Shown: one piece after another, positions 1-7,748 of the stretch
Layout of the letters: each line of letters begins with the position of its first letter
How positions within the stretch are numbered: position 1 is the stretch's first letter
DNA from: Candidatus Zixiibacteriota bacterium
GTDB taxonomy: Bacteria > Zixibacteria > MSB-5A5 > CAIYYT01
Assembly: GCA_040235515.1 (NCBI GenBank)
Contig: JBECKX010000179.1
Location: 23,148 to 87,147 of the forward strand
Direction: 5' to 3'
DNA: 64,000 bases
Program-made: the position numbers and the translations under genes
The notes under the pieces: model-generated
What the model saw: the letters and a program-made list of their open reading frames with translations, nothing else
Database searches by the model: none
Told to the model about the DNA's origin: nothing

Positions 1-1
1 G

Positions 2-775
2 ACAGGGGTGGCCGTGCGCGGGGAGGTCACGACGGCGTCACGAGTGATGTCGGCCAACGCTGAGGCCGCTGGCACACCTCGATTGGTGCTCTATGGTTCA
101 CCAAAGCTCGAGTTCCCTTACAACAGCAAATCTGTCTGGGCACCTGTCGGTGATGCAAGCGCTGAGAGGATGCCTGATGCATGGAGAGTCGTTGCGATCG
201 GCGGGGAGATGGTCAGCCGGGAAACACAAGCTGCTTACGGGCTCGAATTTCGGGAGGGTTCCCTGCAAGTCGTGAGTACCGGCCCGGCTGAGAGTGACAA
301 GGTCTTTGGCGCGTGGGACAGATTGGGCGACAGCAAGACACTCGAGATCAGTTTCCCTCGCTACGCGACGTTTTCGGCGATCGCCACGAGAATACAGGGG
401 ATATATGGGTTCGTGGTGGTAGCGCTGCTTTCGGGGATCTTCGGAGTTGGGCTCTATCCGCTTCTGGGCACACGAGTTTGGTGCAGGTTCTTCTGCCCGC
501 TCGCTGCGATCCTGGGGATTGTCCAGAAGTTCGGGCGCTTTCGCATCACGGTGAAGAAGGATATGTGTATCTCTTGCGGTAATTGCTCGACCTATTGCGA
601 GATGGGTATCGATGTACGATCGTATGCGCAAGCGAACCTCAGCTTCAAGCGAGCTGCGTGTGTGGGTTGCGGGATGTGCGCACATGTCTGTCCGCGCGGG
701 GTACTCAAGTTAGAGAACAAATGGGATTTGGGGCCAAACGATGAAAATTCGAACATCCAGATACTGGATATGTGA
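2..775 (+). CDS. 4Fe-4S binding membrane protein (NapH/MauN/YccM-like), 5'-partial
   Basis: Frame is open to the window edge. TM helix, WCRFFCPLAA motif and two ferredoxin motifs (CISCGNCSTYCE, CVGCGMCAHVCP). Confidence 0.8.
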   Translation, partial: TGVAVRGEVTTASRVMSANAEAAGTPRLVLYGSPKLEFPYNSKSVWAPVGDASAERMPDAWRVVAIGGEMVSRETQAAYGLEFREGSLQVVSTGPAESDKVFGAWDRLGDSKTLEISFPRYATFSAIATRIQGIYGFVVVALLSGIFGVGLYPLLGTRVWCRFFCPLAAILGIVQKFGRFRITVKKDMCISCGNCSTYCEMGIDVRSYAQANLSFKRAACVGCGMCAHVCPRGVLKLENKWDLGPNDENSNIQILDM

Positions 776-785
776 CGGTGCTTTT

Positions 786-1658
786 ATGAGTGATTCAGTT
801 GTGCGTTTGCAGGCACGAGGACGCAGAACACCGACTCTGCGTCGAGTGTTGGCGACAATAATGCTAGCGGCGTTGGCAGTTGCGGGATGCAGCCAGGCGG
901 AAACCGAAGCTGGTGGGGCGCGAATCTCGGCGGTCAAGCTGGATCATAGCTATGCCGGTTATGCGCGACTGCTTGCAAGCTATGTGCAGGGTGCAAGGGT
1001 TGACTATGCCGGGCTCAAATCGGATCGCGCCGCCCTGGACTCTGTGGTAGCGATGATCGCCGATGCGGAATTGACAGATGCGTCTACTCAACAAAGACTG
1101 GCGTTCTATATCAATGCCTACAACATCCTGACGCTGCGTTCGATCGTCGCTGCCTACCCGGTGAAGTCAATCAAGGATATCGATGGTGTCTGGCAGAAGA
1201 AATGGCGCGTTGCCGGACGCGAGCTTTCCTTGGACCAGATAGAGAACCAGATTCTGCGCGTTGAGTTTTCGGAACCGCGCATCCATGTAGCGATCAATTG
1301 TGCTTCGATCAGTTGTCCGCCACTGCGCGGGGAACCATACAGGGCCGAACGAATCGAGGAACAACTCACTGAGGCGAGCCGCGGCTTTGCGACTTCGAAC
1401 CACTACAACCAACTCCTTCCGACCGAAGGCAAAGCCAGGATTTCGATGATATTCGATTGGTTCGGCGGTGATTTTGTGGAACAGTTTTACCAGCCGGGTC
1501 ACGCTGCAAAACTTTCGAAGGAAAAGAATGCTGCATTGAGTTTCCTGATCAAGTACTCGAGCCTGACCGACTCTGTGGAGTCATTGCCGGAGGAGTGGGA
1601 AGTCAGCTTTATCGAATATGACTGGGGATTGAATGAGATACCGAACGATGCACGCTGA
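786..1658 (+). CDS. DUF547 domain lipoprotein
   Basis: LAFYINAYN, EPRIHVAINCASISCPPL, ISMIFDWF and YDWGLN motifs; lipobox-like LAVAGC. ATG 786 preferred over 741, which overlaps the upstream gene. Confidence 0.85.
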   Translation: MSDSVVRLQARGRRTPTLRRVLATIMLAALAVAGCSQAETEAGGARISAVKLDHSYAGYARLLASYVQGARVDYAGLKSDRAALDSVVAMIADAELTDASTQQRLAFYINAYNILTLRSIVAAYPVKSIKDIDGVWQKKWRVAGRELSLDQIENQILRVEFSEPRIHVAINCASISCPPLRGEPYRAERIEEQLTEASRGFATSNHYNQLLPTEGKARISMIFDWFGGDFVEQFYQPGHAAKLSKEKNAALSFLIKYSSLTDSVESLPEEWEVSFIEYDWGLNEIPNDAR

Positions 1659-1703
1659 GCATCCACCGGTTCGTATGCGACTGCTTCAGCAAATAGCTGC
1701 TTT

Positions 1704-2399
1704 ATGACTCTCGGCAACCGCAAGATCATCGCAATCATCCCGGCATTGAACGAAGAATCCTCTGTTGGAAAGGTCATCACAGAACTACCCGGGATGGTGA
1801 ATGGCGTGATCGTCTGTGACAATGGATCGACCGACCGTACAGCTGCTGTGGCGCGGGAGGCTGGCGCGAAAGTAGTTGAGGAGATAGAGAGAGGCTACGG
1901 TGCTGCGTGTTTGCGGGCAATCGCGGCGGCGCCTGCTGATACCGGCGTATTGCTCTTCATAGACGCAGACTACTCGGACTTTCCTGAAGAGGCGACAAAC
2001 CTGCTGGAACCGTTGGCGGAGGGACATTACGACCTGGTCATCGGTTCGCGCATGTTGACCTACAGCGACCACAAGGCGCTGCCACCGGTGGCGGCATTCG
2101 GCAACTGGCTGACCAGTAACTTGATCCGCATTATCTGGGGTGCGCGATTCACCGACATCGGCCCGTTTCGGGCGATCAGGTATGAGCAATATCAGAAGTT
2201 GGAAATGAAGGACCGCAACTTTGGCTGGACGACAGAGATGCAGGTGAAGGCAGTGAAGCGTGGGTTGCGGTGCCTTGAAGTTCCGGTCAGGTATCGTCCG
2301 AGGATCGGGGAGTCAAAGATTTCGGGGACAATCTCCGGCTCGATCAGGGCGGGCTTCAAATTCTTGTGGATCATCCTCCGGGAGGCGTTCTCCCGATGA
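1704..2399 (+). CDS. Glycosyltransferase family 2 (polyprenyl-phosphate glycosyltransferase-like)
   Basis: IIPALNEE, DNGSTD, GYGAAC, DAD, VIGSR, FTDIGPFRAI, EVPVRYRPRIGESKI motifs. Confidence 0.9.
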   Translation: MTLGNRKIIAIIPALNEESSVGKVITELPGMVNGVIVCDNGSTDRTAAVAREAGAKVVEEIERGYGAACLRAIAAAPADTGVLLFIDADYSDFPEEATNLLEPLAEGHYDLVIGSRMLTYSDHKALPPVAAFGNWLTSNLIRIIWGARFTDIGPFRAIRYEQYQKLEMKDRNFGWTTEMQVKAVKRGLRCLEVPVRYRPRIGESKISGTISGSIRAGFKFLWIILREAFSR

Positions 2400-3700
2400 A
2401 GTGGAGGGTGATTCTCTATTCGCTGATTGCGCTCTTCCTCTTGACTGAGATTGCAATTTTCCTGCCTGACTATGATGAGCCTCGGATGGTAAAGTTCATC
2501 GTGATTTCGCAGATCCTGATGCTACTATCAGTGGGGATTTTCCTGGCCGGAAAGAAACTTCAGATTGCAGCGGGGATGGCGCGCCACGTCTGGATTGTTG
2601 TTCTGCTCGCGGTTGTCGCTCGCACGGTCATGTTGATCGGAGCGGGGGACAAATTCTATATCTCCGATGATATCTACCGTTATGTGTGGGACGCCAAGGT
2701 CAATGCGGCGGGAATAAACCCTTATCTTCATGCGCCCGATTCCGATTCGTTGAGGGCCTATCGGGAGGGTGAAATCTTCGGGCAGATCAATCACAACTGG
2801 CTGCCCACCATCTACCCCCCAATGGCTCAGAATATCTTCTTCGTGGTCTACCTGCTGGGAGGTGAGAACCTGTTCGCCTTCAAGCTGGTCACTGCGTTCT
2901 TCGAGTTGCTAACTTGTTTGGCGCTGTTCGTGCTGGCACGCGAGTGGGGAATACCACCAGCGAATTTGCTGCTCTATCTGTTTTCACCGCTGGTACTGAT
3001 CGAGTTTTACCTATCAAACCACCTCGACATTCTCGCGCTGCCCTTCCTGGTGGCCGGTTTGATCACGCTGAAGCGGCGACAGGCGTTGCTGACCGGCATG
3101 CTGCTGGGACTCGCGACGCTCGTGAAGTTCTTCGGGCTCTTCTTCCTGCCAGTCGTCTTCTTCCACCTTAAAGGGAAAGAGAAGCTTCATTTTGCGGCTG
3201 CCTTCGTGGTTACTGCAGTTGCATTGTATCTGCCCTACATCGCCGATGGTGGACTGAGCGTGTTCGGGTCGTTGTTCGAGTATCTGCAGGAATGGCAGTT
3301 TAATGCTTCGGTTTATTTCGTGCTGAAATACTTCCTCAAGGTAGAAATCGCGCGCTATCTCGTAGCTGGGGCTTTCGTGGTCTGGGTGGGATGGTTGCTC
3401 GCGCGCAAACTACCGATCGAGCGGAAACTTCAGGATACCTTCGGTGGTTATATGGTGCTGACACCGACGCTGTTCCCCTGGTACTTTGTCTGGATCTATC
3501 CAATGTTGTTGAGGACCCTGTCACCTGCATTTATCTATCTCTCAGGCGCGCTGCTCCTCTCCTATCATGTTCACATAGGCTACTATGACACCGGTACCTG
3601 GTCGCCGATGCCCTGGTTGGGAATCGCGGCGTACGTTCCGTTTTATGCATTGCTGGTCGGAGTAACGTTGTTTCGAAGGGTGCGGCTTAAGGTGCAATGA
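2396..3700 (+). CDS. Polytopic GT-C superfamily glycosyltransferase (DUF2029/GT87-like)
   Basis: Many TM helices; SDDIYRYVWD, TIYPP and FPWY motifs; ATGA overlap with the upstream stop. Confidence 0.75.
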   Translation: MKWRVILYSLIALFLLTEIAIFLPDYDEPRMVKFIVISQILMLLSVGIFLAGKKLQIAAGMARHVWIVVLLAVVARTVMLIGAGDKFYISDDIYRYVWDAKVNAAGINPYLHAPDSDSLRAYREGEIFGQINHNWLPTIYPPMAQNIFFVVYLLGGENLFAFKLVTAFFELLTCLALFVLAREWGIPPANLLLYLFSPLVLIEFYLSNHLDILALPFLVAGLITLKRRQALLTGMLLGLATLVKFFGLFFLPVVFFHLKGKEKLHFAAAFVVTAVALYLPYIADGGLSVFGSLFEYLQEWQFNASVYFVLKYFLKVEIARYLVAGAFVVWVGWLLARKLPIERKLQDTFGGYMVLTPTLFPWYFVWIYPMLLRTLSPAFIYLSGALLLSYHVHIGYYDTGTWSPMPWLGIAAYVPFYALLVGVTLFRRVRLKVQ

Positions 3701-5154
3701 CAGATCTGCTCATAATCACATATTTCGCTCTGCTGTTCTTTATCAGTTTCTATGGCGTGTACCTCTATTGGCTGGTGGTCAACTATCTGCGTTTGCCCGG
3801 TCAAACCCCACTCGTTCCGATGGAGCCTGAAGATGCCACGAACTTGCCGATGGTCACCGTTCAGTTGCCAATCTTCAATGAGAAACGCGTTGTCGCGCGC
3901 CTGATCGAGGCGGTGACACACTTCGAGTGGCCGCAGGAGAAACTGGAAATTCAGGTGCTCGACGATTCGACAGACGAGACGAGTGAGATAGTCGCACGTT
4001 TGGTGACCGAGCTGAGTGGTCGCGGAGTGACGATCGAGCATATCAGAAGGCCCCACCGCGCCGGCTACAAAGCTGGTGCTCTGGCCGTGGGGCAGGAGAA
4101 GGCGCGCGGAGAATTCATCGCGATCTTCGATGCGGATAACATCCCGCCGAGCGATTTTTTGCGGCGTATGATTCCATACTTCGATGATCCCCGGGTTGGT
4201 ATGGCGCAGGCGCGCTGGAGTTTTCTTAATCGGGATGACTCGCTGTTATGCCAGGCGCAGGCGTTGTTTCTCGATTCACATTTCTACATCGAGCAGGCGG
4301 CGCGATCACGTGCAGGTTTGTTTCTGAATTTCAACGGAACGGCAGGTATCTGGCGGCGCCGGGCGATCGACAGCGCGGGCGGCTGGCAATCGGATACGCT
4401 GACCGAGGATCTCGACCTCTCCTATCGCGCACAGTTGCTTGGCTGGAAGATGTTGTTTGTCGAGGATGTCGATGTCCCGACCGAGCTACCCAATTCGGTG
4501 CGCGCCTTCAAGACGCAACAGCATCGCTGGGCGCGCGGTGCGATGGAGACCGGTTTCAAGTTGCTCGGGCGGGTACGCAGGGCGAAGTTGCCATTGGCGG
4601 TCAAGATTGCGGCGCATTTTCATCTGACGCAGAAGGTGGTGTCGGTTGCGTTACTGCTGCTGTCGATTCTGTTGATCCCGGCGCTCTATTTTCGCTGGGA
4701 AGCAAGCGCCTACAAAGTACTGCTGATCGACCTGCCGGTGTTTATTACCGGTATGGGGGCGATGTCGGTTTTTTATGGTATCGCGTACCGCCGTGAAAAG
4801 AAGAATCACAGTGCGAGGGCACGGCTGGTACTGCCGATGTTGAGCGCAATCGGGCTGGGACTGGCAGCGAACAATTCACTCGCTGTGATCTCGGCGCTGA
4901 AGCGGCGCGAGAGCGAGTTCGTCAGAACACCGAAGACCGGTTCGGCACGGGGTCGCAAGCTGGGCATTCCTCACGAGTATCGTGTGAGTTTCGACAGGAC
5001 GTTGCTGGTTGAAGCGCTGCTCCTGGCGAACGGCAGCATTGCGTTCATTTATGCGTTTGATCTCGGCCTCTATTTCAGCCTGCCATTTCTCGCAACCTTT
5101 GTGTTCGGCTACGGCTATTTCGTCGTGAATTCTTTGCGGGAGAGATATGGGTAA
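3697..5154 (+). CDS. GT2 glycosyltransferase, cellulose-synthase-like (D,D,D,QxxRW), membrane-bound
   Basis: VTVQLPIFNE, DDSTD, GYKAGAL, FDAD, TED, QQHRW, FVRTPK motifs; ATGA overlap. Confidence 0.9.
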   Translation: MTDLLIITYFALLFFISFYGVYLYWLVVNYLRLPGQTPLVPMEPEDATNLPMVTVQLPIFNEKRVVARLIEAVTHFEWPQEKLEIQVLDDSTDETSEIVARLVTELSGRGVTIEHIRRPHRAGYKAGALAVGQEKARGEFIAIFDADNIPPSDFLRRMIPYFDDPRVGMAQARWSFLNRDDSLLCQAQALFLDSHFYIEQAARSRAGLFLNFNGTAGIWRRRAIDSAGGWQSDTLTEDLDLSYRAQLLGWKMLFVEDVDVPTELPNSVRAFKTQQHRWARGAMETGFKLLGRVRRAKLPLAVKIAAHFHLTQKVVSVALLLLSILLIPALYFRWEASAYKVLLIDLPVFITGMGAMSVFYGIAYRREKKNHSARARLVLPMLSAIGLGLAANNSLAVISALKRRESEFVRTPKTGSARGRKLGIPHEYRVSFDRTLLVEALLLANGSIAFIYAFDLGLYFSLPFLATFVFGYGYFVVNSLRERYG

Positions 5155-5797
5155 AATTGCAGTCGGGCTGATGGCCAAGTTTCCGGAAATGGGGAAAGTA
5201 AAAACCAGGCTGGCCGCTGAGATAGGAGATCCCGCAGCGCTGCAGATCTATGCCACACTGCTGCAAATTGTGATGGAGAAGCTGAGGGAGCTTAACCGCG
5301 ACCGATTTCAAACCTCTGTATTTGTAGCCCAGGAGAAACTGGTGGAGCGTTTCAGGTCACAATACCCGGGTGCGGCACACTACGCGGCGCAGAGTGCCGG
5401 TGACCTCGGTGCTCGTATGGAAGCAGCGATGCGAAATCTGCTCACCGGCGACAGTATCGAGGGCGTGCTGCTGATCGGTGCAGATATTCCGGGAATCACC
5501 GCGGAAATCGTCGAGGAAGCAGCCTCGCAGTTGCTGGCGCACGACCTTGTCCTCGGGCCGACATTTGATGGTGGCTATTATCTGATAGGGTCGCGCACCG
5601 TGCATCCGGAGTTGTTCCGGCAGATGGAGTGGAGCACCGATTCGGTCCTTTCGGAAACACTGAAGCGGGCCGGCGATGCAGGCTTGACGATTTTCCGCCT
5701 CGAAGAGCTGTCGGACCTCGACACTCTGGAGGATGTCGGTCGACTGCCGCGTGAAAGCAACGCCTTGATCAATTTACTCGACACGTACTCGTCCTAG
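5147..5797 (+). CDS. DUF2064/CofC-like glycosyltransferase (arsenosugar-cluster associated family)
   Basis: AKFPEMGKVKTRLA, QSAGDLGARM, IGADIP, LGPTFDGGYYLIG, WST, DLDTLED motifs. Confidence 0.85.
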   Translation: MGKIAVGLMAKFPEMGKVKTRLAAEIGDPAALQIYATLLQIVMEKLRELNRDRFQTSVFVAQEKLVERFRSQYPGAAHYAAQSAGDLGARMEAAMRNLLTGDSIEGVLLIGADIPGITAEIVEEAASQLLAHDLVLGPTFDGGYYLIGSRTVHPELFRQMEWSTDSVLSETLKRAGDAGLTIFRLEELSDLDTLEDVGRLPRESNALINLLDTYSS

Positions 5798-5825
5798 TTG
5801 GGGCGAGAGATTCAGGAGCTGAAGC

Positions 5826-6158
5826 ATGGGTGATTATTTCGATTCGAAGGATCTGGCGAAATTCGGCAAGATTGGCAGGGTCAACAAGGAGCTCGCCGAC
5901 AAATACTTCGAGTACTACAACAGCGTTATGCAGGAGGGCAACCTGAGCGCCCGCGAGAAGGCGCTGATTGCGCTCGCGGTAGCACACACCCTGAAGTGTC
6001 CCTATTGCATCGATGCCTACTCCACAGCGTGCATGGAGAATGGAGCAGATGAGGAACAGATGAGTGAAGCCGTTCATGTGGCCGCCGCGATGTCGGCGGG
6101 CATAACGCTAGTCCACAGCGTCCAGATGCAAAATCATATCGACTCACTGATGGGTTAG
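5826..6158 (+). CDS. AhpD/carboxymuconolactone decarboxylase-like protein (arsS-associated peroxidase-like family)
   Basis: LSAREKALIALAVAH, CPYCIDAY, EAVHVAAA motifs; lies directly upstream of arsS. Confidence 0.85.
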   Translation: MGDYFDSKDLAKFGKIGRVNKELADKYFEYYNSVMQEGNLSAREKALIALAVAHTLKCPYCIDAYSTACMENGADEEQMSEAVHVAAAMSAGITLVHSVQMQNHIDSLMG

Positions 6159-6193
6159 TCGGTGGGGCGGTAGTTTGGAGATCGGAGCGTGAA

Positions 6194-7189
6194 TTGAAGC
6201 TGGAAAAACAACTGCGCACACTCGAATCGTACGAGCAACCGTTCTGGAGATTCGTCAAGGAGCATTCCAACAATGGTGGCAGCTTGACGGCGTTGTCGAT
6301 TAAGACGTTTCAAGTCAATGTGGGAAAACGCTGCAATCAAACATGCGTACATTGCCATGTCGATGCCGGACCGACTCGAAAGGAGATGATGACGCGTGCA
6401 ACCGTAGACCGCTGTCTTGAGATCATTGCCGGCGTTCCGGGAATCGAGACGGTAGACATCACCGGTGGCGCGCCGGAGATCAACCCCAACTTCCGGCATC
6501 TCGTAACGGAGTCGCGTCGGCTCGGTAAGCATGTGATTGACCGCTGCAATCTCACGATTCTGGAATACGAGGGATTCGAGTATCTCTACGAATTTCTCTC
6601 CGACAACAGGGTAGAGATTGTGGCGTCACTACCTCACTTCGCAAAGAGCAACACTGATCGCCAGCGCGGCGCAGGTGTGTATGATAAATCAATCAACGCG
6701 CTGAAGAAGTTGAACGAGCTTGGCTACGGAACTGAACTACCCCTCAATCTGGTGTACAATCCGGTTGGCTTGTTCCTGAGTGCGCCACAGAAGCAACTGG
6801 AGCGTGAGTTCAAGCAGGAACTTCAGCGCAGGCATGGAATCGTATTCAACAACCTCTATTGCATCAATAATCTGCCAATCAACCGTTTCCTGGCGTTCCT
6901 TGTCCGGAATGGCCGGTTCGAGGATTACATGGAGACACTGGTGACATCGTTCAATCCCGGGACGCTGGAGGGATTGATGTGTCGCCACCAGATTTCAGTC
7001 GGCTATGACGGTAAGATCTATGATTGCGACTTCAATCAGATGCTGGAGCTGGAAGCGCAGCCGGTTGGACATATCAATGGTTTCAACCTCGATGAGTTTA
7101 TGGCACGCCGGATCGAGATCGGCAACCACTGCTTCGGGTGCACGGCAGGTTCCGGTTCAAGCTGCGGTGGCGAGATCATCGAAGTCTGA
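6194..7189 (+). CDS. arsS: Arsenosugar biosynthesis radical SAM protein ArsS (radical SAM plus Cys-rich DUF3641 C-terminus)
   Basis: CNQTCVHCHVDAGP (CxxxCxxC), DITGGAPE, YDCDFNQML, HCFGCTAGSGSSCGG; TTG start after GGAG. Confidence 0.9.
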   Translation: MKLEKQLRTLESYEQPFWRFVKEHSNNGGSLTALSIKTFQVNVGKRCNQTCVHCHVDAGPTRKEMMTRATVDRCLEIIAGVPGIETVDITGGAPEINPNFRHLVTESRRLGKHVIDRCNLTILEYEGFEYLYEFLSDNRVEIVASLPHFAKSNTDRQRGAGVYDKSINALKKLNELGYGTELPLNLVYNPVGLFLSAPQKQLEREFKQELQRRHGIVFNNLYCINNLPINRFLAFLVRNGRFEDYMETLVTSFNPGTLEGLMCRHQISVGYDGKIYDCDFNQMLELEAQPVGHINGFNLDEFMARRIEIGNHCFGCTAGSGSSCGGEIIEV

Positions 7190-7431
7190 CGTGAATCTGG
7201 CGTGACCGGACCACAAATTCATATTCTTCACCCGGATCAGCGGGTTGGAGATTGAAATCGTGGGTATCGATCGCCTATACTTCAGGTTAAGTTAGCTCAC
7301 AACGGCACACGGGAAAGAAGGGGCGGGGAGTCTGTGGCATTCGGGACAGAGCGTGTGCCTCCCTCATCGCCCACCAACCGCTACCTTGATGCGTTTTTAG
7401 TTAAGGATTTGCTCACAGAGTCGTGAGATGT

Positions 7432-7449
7432 TTGTGAAAAAAAGCACGA
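7432..7449. promoter_or_regulatory. Possible Rex- or CRP/FNR-family binding site upstream of the cbb3 operon
   Basis: TTGTGAA-aaaa-AGCACGA, an 11/14 match to the Rex consensus TTGTGAA-N4-TTCACAA. Confidence 0.35.
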
Positions 7450-7600
7450 ACATGGGGCTGAAACGTCAGCGCGGATAGATGTTTGCGTGGCGGAACCGTC
7501 GGCATTACGCATTGTGCTGCAACAGTTTATGAGATAGGCCGCAATGGCGCCTATCATGGACTGATCTAATCCAAATACCCTACTTTGTCATAAATTTCGC

Positions 7601-7628
7601 TTGACTCTCTCAGGTGAGGAGTTACTAT
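7601..7628 (+). promoter_or_regulatory. Sigma70-type promoter of the cco operon
   Basis: TTGACT-16 bp-TACTAT, about 120 bp upstream of ccoI. Confidence 0.55.
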
Positions 7629-7648
7629 TGGGGAGTCTTTAATCGGCG

Positions 7649-7675
7649 ATTACACTAGTTGGCATTACACTAGTT
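7649..7675. repeat. Perfect 12-bp direct repeat ATTACACTAGTT x2 (3-bp spacer)
   Basis: Copies at 7649-7660 and 7664-7675, just downstream of the predicted -10 box. Confidence 0.85.
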
Positions 7676-7748
7676 TTCGTGTTTCATGTAACAGTTGTCC
7701 ATTGTCTTAGTCTGGTAACTTGGCGCGTAGCCGGGATTATGAATAGCA

